64,000 bases of DNA from the NCBI GenBank assembly GCA_040767085.1, contig JAXGPF010000010.1, positions 128,001 to 192,000 on the forward strand, in the 5' to 3' direction. The notes under the pieces were generated by a model. It did no database searches. It had not been told where the DNA came from and saw only the letters and a list, made by a program, of their open reading frames with translations. This stretch comes from Kiritimatiellia bacterium (lineage in GTDB: Bacteria; Verrucomicrobiota; Kiritimatiellia; JAAZAB01). Made by a program: the position numbers and the translations under genes. This document shows, piece after piece, positions 18,415 through 28,587 of this stretch. Numbering within the stretch: position 1 is the first letter of the stretch; the number at the start of each line of letters is the position of its first letter.

Positions 18415-21400
18415 ATGCGCAATATTATGTTGGCATTGCCGGTATTGATTGCATATTGGAACGTGGCTGGCGTTGTTCAGGCGGCGCCCATCAATATTCC
18501 GGAATCCGGGCCTCCCAAAATTGACGGCATCGTTGATGACGATTGCTGGCGAACCGCGACGAAGCTGGATGTCCTCCATCTGGCGGGCGCCGATCCGGCG
18601 AAGGCTTCGGATGAAACAACCTTCCGGCTGTGCCGCGACGATGCCTGGCTTTACATCGCCGTGCAATGTTCCAATCCGGACATGCCGCATGTCGAACAGA
18701 CTGTTTTTGCGCATGACGGACCGGTGCAAAAGGACGAATCGGTGGAAATCTTCATTGATCCGGGCACGGACGGCAAAAATGTCAGGCACTTCATGCTCAA
18801 TTTCGCCGGCGTGCAAACGGAAAAAACCTTTGGGTTGTCGGGTGCGAATCCGAGGGTTAACTGGGGTTGCCCCTGGCGGGTTGCGGTCCGGCGCCTGCCG
18901 GCAGGCTGGGAAGCTGAAATGGCGATTCCGCTTTACGCACTGCAAGGCGGCCGGCTCGACGATACCCGGATCAACCTGCTGCGCAACCGGATCGTCCCCG
19001 AAATCGACGAGATGGGCGCCAAGCAGGGCGAACGCCGGGAATATTACGTTCTGGCGGCGGCGCAAAATGCCAAGGATGCGTCGGGCTACCTGCCGGTTGC
19101 CGGGTTGGATGACCAGCCGGCGGTCCAACCGTTTGCGCCGCGGATTGACGGCGTGGAGTTGGGCGGTTTTGATGAAGACGCCACCGGCTATTCTTATAAC
19201 ATGACCTTGTCGCTTTCAACCGCGACGCGCATCGGCGGGACGGCGGATGTCTGGGTGATTGAAACCCGGGATGGCGCGGCGGTTGAGCATCAATGCCGGC
19301 CAGTTGAATTGCCGCGTGAGAATAAAGTCGTGGTCAGCGTGCCTTTGAACGATTTCAATGAACGCGCGATCAGGGTGATCTTGCGCGATCAGGGCGGCAG
19401 CCTGTTGGCGGCCGCCGCCGTTCCGGACAGCCGGCATCTGGCGATTGTGCGGGATGCGTTCGTGGGGCGTAGTTATTACACCACGGAGACCAACGCCGAA
19501 TTGAGGATTGCTCTGGGTGCGCCTGATCGGATGCGCGCGAAAATCTCGTTGCGGGTGACGGCGGCCGGTCAGACGGTATTCGAGCAGGCACAGCCGGATC
19601 CGGAACTGACCGCCGTCGTGCCGCTGGCCGGCCTGGCGTTCGGCCGCAACCCGGTGCATCTCAGCATCATGGATGCCGGTCGCGAAATTTACGGCGCGGA
19701 TTATGAAATCATAAAACTTGCGCCGCGCCCCGGCTGCGAAGTCAAGGCGGATTACATCCGCAAAGTGCTGCTGAAAGACGGCGTGCCGTTTTTCCCGTTG
19801 GCGATGATAGCGCATCATATTCGCCATGAGCGCCATTTTCAAAAACTTGCCGAACTGGGATTCAATACCGTGCAAATCTGCAACGTGGGCGATCAGCCGG
19901 AATTGGTGGATTTAGCGGCAAAACATGGCTTGTATGTCATGGACTGGGGCCTGAATAAAATTGACATCAAAGCCTGGGACGGCTTGCCGGCCGCGCGCAC
20001 AAATTATGCGAATATGTTGCCGAAATACCGCCAGGCGGCGCAAGCTCTGGCCGACCGCACGAATTTCCTGATGCGTTTTCAGGTGGATGAACCCAACCTG
20101 GACGCCGCCGATGTCAACCTGCAGGCGATGAAATGGTTTTATAATGATATGCTGGCCGTTGATCCCTATCGCCCCTTTTTGTTGAATTTCAGCAAATATC
20201 TGCCGCCGGGCAAGGAATGGACCGCGTATGCCGAGGCGCTCTCGGACGATATCTATCCCCGGCCCTGGACCGGCGTCGGCCTGCTTGCCGAGCCCGGTCT
20301 GGGACAGGCCTATTATGCGGAAAAATTACGGCAACGCTGCGAGCAGGATCATAAGTTGATGTTCATGGTGCCGTTGGCCGGGCAGCATTCGATACAAAAA
20401 GGGCAGGTGGGTCTGAGCCGTCGGCAAACCTTGTGCCAGAATTATGTCAACTTGATCTTTGGCGTCAAGTGCCTGGATTTCTTCTGTATTACCACGCCAA
20501 GCAGCGCCGCCGCCTGGGATGATCTGGGGGAATTATGCGCGCAGGTTAAGCAATTGATTCCGGCGTTGATCCATGATGAAGTTGCGCAGAATGTGCAATA
20601 CCCCGGCCAGGCATACGATCCCGCGGGTGCGCTGTTTCCCCAGGTATTGGGTCGGGTTTTCCAATACCCCGACGGCCATTACGTGTTGCTGGCGGCCAAT
20701 CTCCGGCATTTTGCCGCGGAAGTCGGATTTCAATTGCCGGGCGTCATGGGCGCGACGCCGATGTTCGACGCCCGGGAGCGTCTGGCTGCAGCCGATGGTG
20801 TGTTCCACGAGCGCTTGGAGCCGTTTGGCACTCGCGCCTATCGGCTGGATGGCGAACTGAAAACGCCCTTGGCATTGGCCATTACGCCCCGCTCGGACGA
20901 ATCGGAGCAGGCGCCTTCGGTGGATATTCCGGGTGTCATCCAGCGGGTGCAGGCCGGCAAAAATCATTGTCCAAATCCCTGCTTCGAACGCCAGCTCATT
21001 CCCGGCAGCCCGGATTTTTACAAGCCCTTCATCAATCAGGACGATGAAATTGATTACAATTTCACCCGCACCGGATCGGTCTGGTACGTGGATGCGGATA
21101 TGCGATGGAATGGACATCCATCCCTGCGGATGGACCGGTCGCAGCCATGCCCTAAAAGCCGTGGCTTCTTTGGCGCTTGTTACCCGCCCATCCCGGACCA
21201 GCCGGAGCAGATGGTGTTTTCGTTTTATGCCAGAGGCGCCAAGGCCGGCGACCGCGTTTTGGCGAATCTGATGACGCTGTCGCGCCCGGTGGAAGTGCGC
21301 AAGACTTTTGATTTGACCACGGAATGGCAGCGCATAGTTATGCCCTTTACATTGCATCCGCGTCCCGATGGCCGAAGTGTCCCGGTCAGGACATTTATCG

Positions 21401-21495
21401 TCATGCCGCTTGACGGCGCGGAGGTTTGGGTCAGCGGCCTCCAATTGGAAAAAGGGGGGAAACCGACGGAATTCCAGGATGATTCGGGCTACTGA
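18415..21495 (+). CDS. Secreted multidomain putative glycoside hydrolase (CBM9-like N-terminus, TIM-barrel-like core, C-terminal CBM-like domain)
   Basis: Signal peptide MRNIMLALPVLIA..; PKIDG.VDD.CW / DESVEIFIDPG / WEAEMAIP; LLKDGVPFFP..ELGFNTV..VDEP core; FSFYARG..LTTEWQR..QLEKG. Confidence 0.65.
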   Translation: MRNIMLALPVLIAYWNVAGVVQAAPINIPESGPPKIDGIVDDDCWRTATKLDVLHLAGADPAKASDETTFRLCRDDAWLYIAVQCSNPDMPHVEQTVFAHDGPVQKDESVEIFIDPGTDGKNVRHFMLNFAGVQTEKTFGLSGANPRVNWGCPWRVAVRRLPAGWEAEMAIPLYALQGGRLDDTRINLLRNRIVPEIDEMGAKQGERREYYVLAAAQNAKDASGYLPVAGLDDQPAVQPFAPRIDGVELGGFDEDATGYSYNMTLSLSTATRIGGTADVWVIETRDGAAVEHQCRPVELPRENKVVVSVPLNDFNERAIRVILRDQGGSLLAAAAVPDSRHLAIVRDAFVGRSYYTTETNAELRIALGAPDRMRAKISLRVTAAGQTVFEQAQPDPELTAVVPLAGLAFGRNPVHLSIMDAGREIYGADYEIIKLAPRPGCEVKADYIRKVLLKDGVPFFPLAMIAHHIRHERHFQKLAELGFNTVQICNVGDQPELVDLAAKHGLYVMDWGLNKIDIKAWDGLPAARTNYANMLPKYRQAAQALADRTNFLMRFQVDEPNLDAADVNLQAMKWFYNDMLAVDPYRPFLLNFSKYLPPGKEWTAYAEALSDDIYPRPWTGVGLLAEPGLGQAYYAEKLRQRCEQDHKLMFMVPLAGQHSIQKGQVGLSRRQTLCQNYVNLIFGVKCLDFFCITTPSSAAAWDDLGELCAQVKQLIPALIHDEVAQNVQYPGQAYDPAGALFPQVLGRVFQYPDGHYVLLAANLRHFAAEVGFQLPGVMGATPMFDARERLAAADGVFHERLEPFGTRAYRLDGELKTPLALAITPRSDESEQAPSVDIPGVIQRVQAGKNHCPNPCFERQLIPGSPDFYKPFINQDDEIDYNFTRTGSVWYVDADMRWNGHPSLRMDRSQPCPKSRGFFGACYPPIPDQPEQMVFSFYARGAKAGDRVLANLMTLSRPVEVRKTFDLTTEWQRIVMPFTLHPRPDGRSVPVRTFIVMPLDGAEVWVSGLQLEKGGKPTEFQDDSGY

Positions 21496-21496
21496 A

Positions 21497-24400
21497 ATGA
21501 GCATACCGGAACAGATAATCTTTCAGGACGATTTTGCGGTGACGCCGGACCACGCTTATCCCGCCAATTGGCAGTGCGACCAGGCGGGCGAAAAGCCGTT
21601 TTTGCTCGCCGGGGTCATCGGCCGGGAATTTTGCCTGTTTACCCGCGGCAACCGGCATATTCCCCGCACCCCGCCTTTGCGTGATTTTACGTTGGAATTC
21701 GATTTGCGCGGCGACATTTATTGCGGGCGCCTGGGGATCGAACTGCTCTTGCGTTACGATCCGGCCGCGCGTTCAGGCTGGCTCCTGCGTTACCATTGCG
21801 GAGTCAGCGGCAATCAAACCAATGTCAAACAGCGCGAACTGGCGGAATATGAGTGCGAGTTGCTGCGTTATGACGGCCGCCGCGCTTTTGGCAAATGCCA
21901 GCCGGTGGCGGCCGCTAAAATCCCGGGGTTCATCAGGGATTTGTCCGTTAAATACCGCGTGCGATTGCTGGTGCATGACGAGCGTCTGGAATTCTTTCAT
22001 GGCGGCGCCGCCATCCTGGCGGCGGCCATTACCGCCGGCGCGCCGGATGCCGGTTGCCTGGCCTTCGATCAATCCCGCCGCTGGTCCGGCTGGGGTGGCG
22101 CGCCGCGGATTTCAGCGTTGACCATTGCCGCCAAGCTCGCGCGGGATGAACAAGTGTTGCGTCCCGAGACGTGCACGGCATTCCCGGCCGGGCCTAACGG
22201 CATCATTTCCCCGTATTATTTCCACACGGCGGTTGGACGCGTTAACGGCTTGACGCATCTGCGTTTGAAATTGACCGGCGGCCCGGCCAAGGCGCCGGTT
22301 TACCCGGATATTGACCGCTACCGGCTGAATGAAAAAATGTTCAATCCGTATGTGCGGTTGGAGTCCGCCGCCGGCCGGGATTTGGGGCGGTTTTTACTGG
22401 CGAAGGGTTCAGCCGGCCTGGCCGGATATCACTGGAATGTTCTGGCGACTTCCCTGCTGCCGGCGGATCATGAATGCCCGATGGAACGCGAGGTTGTCCT
22501 GGATGACTGGCCCGCGGGCGTGCGAATTTTTATTGGCTATGAAAAATATATCGCCGAGGATTCCATCGGCAATACCGGCGGACCGACCGAGGCGCTTTTG
22601 GACGCCGGCGGCAACGTCGTGCATGCCGGCCCCGTTTTGCGCAGGGGCGATGTTCAGTTCGAAATTATTTCGCCGCCGGACAAGCAGGTCTGCGCGCGGA
22701 TCCCGCCGGACTTGCCGCGCCATGCGGCGGCAATGGAATTTGCCAGGCGCAATCATTTTTTTTGCGAGGGAGAGCCGGTGCGGTTTGCCGTGACGCTTTA
22801 CTCGCGGGATGCCAGCCTCGAGGTAGATGCTGTCAAGGCGGCGGTCCGGGTGGAGGATGTGTTCGGGGATCAAGTAGGCCCGGGGCGGGAATTGCGTTTG
22901 CATCACGCGCCGGGAAAATTGGACTTGGCGGGCGCGCGGGTGTTTTCCACCGGTTGGTTCGCCTTGCCGGTCACGCGCGTCGGCGTTTACCATTTGCGAG
23001 TCCGGCTGGCCGGCGCGGGCACGCCTGAGCAGCGGCGCGCTTTTGAGATCATGCCGGCCGCCCCGGATGGTCGTTCGGCGCAGTTGGCGTCGGGATTGCC
23101 GGAGCTATGTCCCTGCGGCCTGGCGGGAATCCTCAACGAGCATTTCAATCCCTGGAGCCCGGCCGTGGCGGACACGGCGCATTACAACAATGTCGGCAAC
23201 AATTTTTACAAGGTGGCGCGTGAATGGCGGGCGCCGGAACTGTTGCGCGCATACCGCCGCAAATGGTTCTGCCGCGCCGGCGCGGCTTATGCCACGCTTT
23301 ACGGTGAACGCGGCATTGCTCCCAACCGTGATTTGATCGCGCAAGCGGATATGGCCCTGGCCGGCCTGCGCCGCGCCGACCTGCGTTTCCGGGCGGCATA
23401 CAAGGATGAATTTGTATTCCAGAAGCTGCTGGAATTCCTTGGTCGGCCGGGTTTTGCGAGGGCGGGGGGCGGGGAGTTGAATCATGCCGCCCTGGCTGCC
23501 GGCCCGGCGCAGGACGGGTTGACGCCCGCGCAATTCCAGGAGTTGGTGGCGTGTCACTGGAAATCCTGGCTGATATTCTTTGCGGCGGCCAACGAGGAAC
23601 TCGGCCGGGCAAGCGCGCGGGAAATTCTGGCAATCAATCCGCGTTGCGAGCCGTCATATTACGGCATCTACCCGGTTTATGCCGCGCCTTACAAGAGCGG
23701 CGGGTATTTTCCGCTGCAGTTCGGGCTGGACTTGCGCCGCCGCTGGTCGGGATTCCTGCCGGGCGCCGCCATCCTGGAGGATTACCCGTATTCGTCCGGA
23801 TATCCCATGGCCCGGGGCATTTACGCCTTGGCCACCTGCAAGCTGGAAGATCCGCAGCGTAAAATTTATCCGGAAATGTTCGGATTGAATGGCGAAACCG
23901 CCGATCCGCGCCCATTGATGGCGTTTCCGCCGCTGGGCCGCTCGAATCCGCCGCCCGGTTATCTGCTCAAGCAGTTTTATGAATACTGTTTCGCATCCGT
24001 CTGGTTCGATCGCGCGGGATTCCATAATTGGACGGACCACGGCTATTCGCCCAAAACCTGGAGTCCGGAAAATTACCGGGAATTGCTTTATGCCTATGCG
24101 TTTGTCAACAAGGTTAAGCCCGCCCGGCCGCTGCGCACCACCGCGTTTGTTTTCAGCCGCGCCGCGTGCCTGGCGCATCCGGATTACTGGGATGCGGATG
24201 AAGAACTGTGCCGCGAAGGCTCGGTCATCAACACCGCCGAGGAAGCCGCGGCTTTTGCATATGAGCAGGCGCGGCAGGATGGCCAATTGGCCGGATTTGT
24301 TGTTAAAATGGAGGATTTGGAGCATCTGCCGGCGGCGGCGGCGGACATGCTGGTGCTGCCGCCGCTTTGCGGGGTCAGCGATGCCGCCAAAGCGGTCATC

Positions 24401-25060
24401 CGCAAACTGCACGAGCAGGGCGCGGGCCTGCTCGGGTTTGAGGATGTCTCCGGGTTGGAGGATTTATTCGGCGTGACGGCTGCGCCGGCCGTCAGCGCCG
24501 GCCGGATTTTCCCCGGCGCGCATCCGGCTGCCGCGGCTTGGGATGGTATGCGCGATGAAGCCGACCATCCGCTTTGCGTGATCCGGCATCGCGCGACTAC
24601 CGCGCAAATCCTGCTGGCCAGCTCGGGCGGTTTGCCGGCCTTGACGGTGAATGATACCGCCTGGGGGCGCGCCGCATTTTGGGCGTTGCCGCCCACTTGC
24701 GTCAGCCGCGCCCGAGCCTTGGGTCCGACCAACGGCCAGGTCTGCAACAGCGATCTGGCCGCGGCGGCAACCCGGCTGGCCATGCGCCTGGCGGGCAACA
24801 AGGAGGCGGAAACCAACGCCGGTGTCCTGATCGGGTTCCGGGATGCCGATGACCATGCGCATGTCATTGTTGCGGAAGACCGGCATCCGGCGCCCGGCCG
24901 GCCGATCCGGCCGCTGGTCCGCATCAAAATTCCGGGGATTAAGCCGGAACATATTTCATCCGACAAGCAATTTGAAATTGTTGCGGCCGGGGGCTCCGAA
25001 ACGTTGCTGCGGTTTGCCCTCGCCGCGCATGAGTCCGTCCGGATACGGGTGGCCATGTAG
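21497..25060 (+). CDS. Large hypothetical protein, probably carbohydrate-active (C-terminal class I glutamine-amidotransferase-like/trimerisation-type segment)
   Basis: Long uninterrupted ORF starting 1 bp after the previous stop (MSIPEQIIFQDDF); DMLVLPPL..KLHEQGAGLLGF segment; no signal peptide. Confidence 0.6.
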   Translation: MSIPEQIIFQDDFAVTPDHAYPANWQCDQAGEKPFLLAGVIGREFCLFTRGNRHIPRTPPLRDFTLEFDLRGDIYCGRLGIELLLRYDPAARSGWLLRYHCGVSGNQTNVKQRELAEYECELLRYDGRRAFGKCQPVAAAKIPGFIRDLSVKYRVRLLVHDERLEFFHGGAAILAAAITAGAPDAGCLAFDQSRRWSGWGGAPRISALTIAAKLARDEQVLRPETCTAFPAGPNGIISPYYFHTAVGRVNGLTHLRLKLTGGPAKAPVYPDIDRYRLNEKMFNPYVRLESAAGRDLGRFLLAKGSAGLAGYHWNVLATSLLPADHECPMEREVVLDDWPAGVRIFIGYEKYIAEDSIGNTGGPTEALLDAGGNVVHAGPVLRRGDVQFEIISPPDKQVCARIPPDLPRHAAAMEFARRNHFFCEGEPVRFAVTLYSRDASLEVDAVKAAVRVEDVFGDQVGPGRELRLHHAPGKLDLAGARVFSTGWFALPVTRVGVYHLRVRLAGAGTPEQRRAFEIMPAAPDGRSAQLASGLPELCPCGLAGILNEHFNPWSPAVADTAHYNNVGNNFYKVAREWRAPELLRAYRRKWFCRAGAAYATLYGERGIAPNRDLIAQADMALAGLRRADLRFRAAYKDEFVFQKLLEFLGRPGFARAGGGELNHAALAAGPAQDGLTPAQFQELVACHWKSWLIFFAAANEELGRASAREILAINPRCEPSYYGIYPVYAAPYKSGGYFPLQFGLDLRRRWSGFLPGAAILEDYPYSSGYPMARGIYALATCKLEDPQRKIYPEMFGLNGETADPRPLMAFPPLGRSNPPPGYLLKQFYEYCFASVWFDRAGFHNWTDHGYSPKTWSPENYRELLYAYAFVNKVKPARPLRTTAFVFSRAACLAHPDYWDADEELCREGSVINTAEEAAAFAYEQARQDGQLAGFVVKMEDLEHLPAAAADMLVLPPLCGVSDAAKAVIRKLHEQGAGLLGFEDVSGLEDLFGVTAAPAVSAGRIFPGAHPAAAAWDGMRDEADHPLCVIRHRATTAQILLASSGGLPALTVNDTAWGRAAFWALPPTCVSRARALGPTNGQVCNSDLAAAATRLAMRLAGNKEAETNAGVLIGFRDADDHAHVIVAEDRHPAPGRPIRPLVRIKIPGIKPEHISSDKQFEIVAAGGSETLLRFALAAHESVRIRVAM

Positions 25061-25684
25061 CAGGAAAAGATAAACACAAGGCGAAGGGGAGCAATATGGA
25101 CCGGATGCTCGAAAATGCCCGGATTACGCTGGCAGCCGCCTGCCGGGCGCAGCCCGGGGAATCGGTGTTGATCATTCACAGCAATGAAGGCCGATACCCG
25201 GAATATGCCGCGGCCCTGGAGCGGGCAGCGTGGGATTTGAAACTTATGCCGATGGCCATCAATACTGCGCCTTTGAAAAGCTTGTTCAAGGGCAGGAAGC
25301 CGGGAGAACTGGTGCTGCCGCCATTGAAGGCGGCGTTGGAAGCGGCGGATATAACCATAAAAATCAGGCCTGGTTCATTTTCGGGTAACACTTTTCCGGT
25401 AAAATCGTCCGGTGTTTCCCGCAAAATCACCATTCGTTTATGCGGGTTGTTCAGGCTGTGGACTGCCAAGCTCCGCCGGGAGCGCTGCCGCCATTCCCCC
25501 GAACCCCCGCGTTTCTCCAACCTGTTTTTTTGAAAGACAATTCCCCCAAAAAACTGGCGTAAGAATAGCCGCATTGGACGTCCGCTGTCAAGTAAAAAAA
25601 ACGCGGAAAACCGGGGGGGGGTAATTCGTTGATATTCAATCGGTTACGACAAGAAGAAAAATTTAATATTTTTTTAGAAAAATG

Positions 25685-25713
25685 TTGACGCCGCGGCGTT
25701 TTTTTTGTATCTT
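25685..25713 (+). promoter_or_regulatory. Sigma70-type promoter of the element genes
   Basis: TTGACG-17bp-TATCTT, then AAAGGAG SD and ATG at 25754. Confidence 0.65.
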
Positions 25714-25753
25714 GTGTCTTGTTGTAATAATCTAATCAGAAAGGAGTTGCCCC

Positions 25754-26116
25754 ATGTCCGCTACACGCATCGCCGAATCGAAACCAAAATCCCGCGCCAT
25801 GGCGCTGGCATCCTGCCAGGGCCTTATCAAAGCCTCGCTTTGCAAAACCCGTGTCCAGTGCGGCAAACCCACATGCCGCTGCGCTAAAAATTCTCGGTTC
25901 CGCCATACCGCTTTGACTTTCACCTACAAGCACAAAGGCCGGAGCATGGGGCTGCACGTGCCGAAAAGCATGGAAGCGGAAGCCCGCCGGGCGGCGGAGG
26001 ATTATCGGAAGTTGAAAAAACTTGTTCAGAGGATTTCAGATTCCAATCTGAAAAAGTTCCGTCGCGGAATTGCCGTGAAAACTAAATCGCGCCAACGGCG
26101 CAAATCACACGCTTGA
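25754..26116 (+). CDS. Small basic accessory protein, DUF6788-like
   Basis: IKASL....QCGKPTCRC......H..LT motif typical of DUF6788 proteins; strong SD. Confidence 0.75.
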   Translation: MSATRIAESKPKSRAMALASCQGLIKASLCKTRVQCGKPTCRCAKNSRFRHTALTFTYKHKGRSMGLHVPKSMEAEARRAAEDYRKLKKLVQRISDSNLKKFRRGIAVKTKSRQRRKSHA

Positions 26117-26122
26117 GGAGAC

Positions 26123-27616
26123 ATGCCCATGTTGACTGCGTCAAGAGATTGTCCGTCTTCCGCAAAAAATCTGCCGCCGCGCGCGCGCCAGGCATTGGCT
26201 GTCGCGGCGTTGTCGCGGAAAACACCGGTCTCACGGCTGGCCGCCGCCAGCGGTGTCAGCCGGAAGTTTGTGTATCGGCAATCGGCAAAAGCGAACAATA
26301 TTTTAGACCAAGCGTTCGACGACAAATTCCCCGACGAGGAGGTCTTGTTTTATCTGCCGGTGACAAAGGCATGGCTCCGTAAAGCCGTTCTCGGTCTGGT
26401 TTTAATCTGTCACAGCTCATTCCGGGGCGTGGTGGAGTTCATGCGCGACCTGCTGGACTTCGATATTTCCATTGGCTCCGTGCATAACACGCTTATGGAT
26501 GCCGTTGGCAAAGCTAAAACCGTTAACGCCAACGAGCGTTTGGAGTCTGTCAGAGTCGGCGCCCATGATGAAATATTCCAGGCGCGGCAGCCGGTATTGG
26601 TCGGCGCGGACGCTGATTCCACATATTGCTATCTTTTGAGTCTGGAAAACTCGCGCGATGGCGACACATGGGCATTGCGGCTGATGGAGCTCGGCGACAA
26701 AGGCCTTCAGCCGGATTACACTGTTGCCGACGGCGGCTTGGGACTCCGAGCCGGGCAAACGCTGGCATGGCCGGATATTCCATGCCGGGGAGATGTGTTT
26801 CACGCACTCTTGGATATGGGGCGACTGACGGTATATCTGGAGAATCGCGCATTCGGCGCAATGTCGGCTCTCGAAAAAACGGAGGCAAAAATGACCAAAG
26901 CAAAAAGAAAAGGCAATGGCAACAAATACTCGAAACGTCTCGCCGTGGCCGGTCAGGCCGAAGCCGCGGCTATCAATCTGGCCGATGATATAAGCACCTT
27001 GGCCGGATGGCTGCGCAACGATATTCTTTCTCTGGCGGGCGGCAACGTTGACACCCGCCGGCAACTGTTGGATTTCGTGATTGAATCGTTGCGGCAAAGA
27101 GAACATCTGCGTCCGCACAGAATCCAGCCGGTGCGTGTCATGTTGGAAAACCAACGCGACCTGCTCCTGGCCTTTGCGCAGGAAATAGACGATAGGCTCA
27201 TTGCATCCGCCAACGAACTCAACTTGGATCCATCCGATATGCGCCGGCTCTTTAATCAGCGCATCAAGGAACGCGCGTCCGACCAGGACCACATTGCTGA
27301 TGATATTCCGTGTGAACAATCAGATGAACAATCAGGCGCCGCGGAGCAAAGCGTCCGGAAAATCATCGCCGGCGTTGTCCGCGCCAGCTCCATTATTGAG
27401 AACATCAACAGCCGTCTCCGGCGCTACTTTTTCCTGCGCCGCCAGATCGGAAACGGCTATCTGGACCTACTCCGTTTCTTCTTCAACCATCGGCGATTCC
27501 TGCGCAGTGAACATCCCGAGCGCGTTGATAAAAGTCCCGCCGAATTACTATCCGGCAAAACTCATCCGCACTGGCTGGAATTGCTGGGGTTTGAAATGTT
27601 CAAGCGCGCGGCTTGA
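26123..27616 (+). CDS. Putative DDE transposase (Mutator/IS256-like, unclassified)
   Basis: N-terminal HTH (VSRLAAASGVSRKFVY), GAHDEIF, TVADGG, GDVFH (D-x2-H), RASSIIENINSRLR; lies within the TIR/TSD-bounded element. Confidence 0.75.
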   Translation: MPMLTASRDCPSSAKNLPPRARQALAVAALSRKTPVSRLAAASGVSRKFVYRQSAKANNILDQAFDDKFPDEEVLFYLPVTKAWLRKAVLGLVLICHSSFRGVVEFMRDLLDFDISIGSVHNTLMDAVGKAKTVNANERLESVRVGAHDEIFQARQPVLVGADADSTYCYLLSLENSRDGDTWALRLMELGDKGLQPDYTVADGGLGLRAGQTLAWPDIPCRGDVFHALLDMGRLTVYLENRAFGAMSALEKTEAKMTKAKRKGNGNKYSKRLAVAGQAEAAAINLADDISTLAGWLRNDILSLAGGNVDTRRQLLDFVIESLRQREHLRPHRIQPVRVMLENQRDLLLAFAQEIDDRLIASANELNLDPSDMRRLFNQRIKERASDQDHIADDIPCEQSDEQSGAAEQSVRKIIAGVVRASSIIENINSRLRRYFFLRRQIGNGYLDLLRFFFNHRRFLRSEHPERVDKSPAELLSGKTHPHWLELLGFEMFKRAA

Positions 27617-28587
27617 ACGACCATAATCCCGCCCAAGTCCGATCAAATTCTTGCGCATTCATGCGTGACAGGCGTATACTGCCTTCTGTTACCCAAAAAG
27701 GCATGTTTTTGAACCATGCCAAAAATCACATCCTTCCCGGGATATAACCTGATGTATGGCATTCCCGGGATCAATGACTCGTTCCTGACGGGCCGGCAGC
27801 GGCGCATGCTATTGATGCCCGGGATGGAGTCGTGGGAAATGACGACAGAGGCCGTGGCCGGTATCCGCATCCGCACGGAATGGCTGGACGCGCGGCTGCG
27901 CCGGACCGGATGCGTCCGGGTGACTTCTCCCGCCGGCACGGATTTTTCCTTTGCGCTGGGTGCAAAATCGAAGTGGGTGCCTATCCTCGGAATCGTTCCG
28001 CTCTTTGGAGAAATCGCCATTACGCCGCAACTGGGCACGGAAAACGGCGTTTTCGTGGTGGATGGTCCGACGGCCAGCGCCGTCCGGCCGCCGGCGGAAT
28101 TGGACCGCATGCCGCTGGAAATCGTGGTGGAAAACGGCGCAATCAAGGAAAAACGCGGCGATCCGGAGCAGTTGGCGCGCCTGGAGCGGACCATCGCGAA
28201 TGCCAGGCCGCCGGTTGCGGTGGTGGACGAGGTGGGGCTGGTGACCACCCCCATTGCCGCCAATGACGCTTGTTGGCACGACGGCACACACCAGCACGAC
28301 ACCGTCCATATCGCCCTGGGCAATAATCTCGATCGCGACAACATGGTGCATGGAAGTTTTCACGTTGATTGCGAAATCAAACAGCCCGCGGTATATCTGG
28401 ATGGCCAATTGATCATGGAGCAGGGCGCCTACTGTGTGCCGGCGGTGGATGTTCTGCCTGTGTCATAAATACAACAAGGGGAGGAAAAGGATGGTTAAGA
28501 TGGAGGGCGAAGCTGTGCTGAGCCGTTCCGGTTCATCCATAAAATTTATTGGTTTAGATTTTTGGGCAAAAGGGTAACGGAGAGGAG

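Larger units (their letters stand above)
25367..27720 (+). mobile_element. 2354-bp two-gene insertion element (Mutator-like DDE transposase plus small Cys protein)
   Basis: TIR GGCCTGGTTCA (25367-25377) / TGAACCATGCC (27710-27720), 10 of 11 matching; 8-bp target duplication AAAAATCA at 25359-25366 and 27721-27728. Confidence 0.9.
25096..28468 (+). pseudogene. M29 aminopeptidase/NicX-like metalloenzyme gene split by an insertion element
   Basis: Joining 25096-25366 to 27729-28468 gives an in-frame 336-aa protein (..AADITIKI|TSFPGYNL..) with QPGESVLII, VRVTSPAGTDFSF, GEIAITP, NGVFVVDG, VHIALGNN, FHVD. Confidence 0.85.

Noticed and set aside
25347-25356. GGATATAACC present near both element ends (also 27740-27749) as an alternative target duplication
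   Set aside because: It does not abut the TIRs; the AAAAATCA duplication does, and it restores the reading frame without loss.
25367-25533. C-terminal part of the 145-aa ORF 25096-25533 and the separate ORF starting at 27716
   Set aside because: Read-through into the IS left end and an ATG inside the right TIR; both are halves of one interrupted gene.
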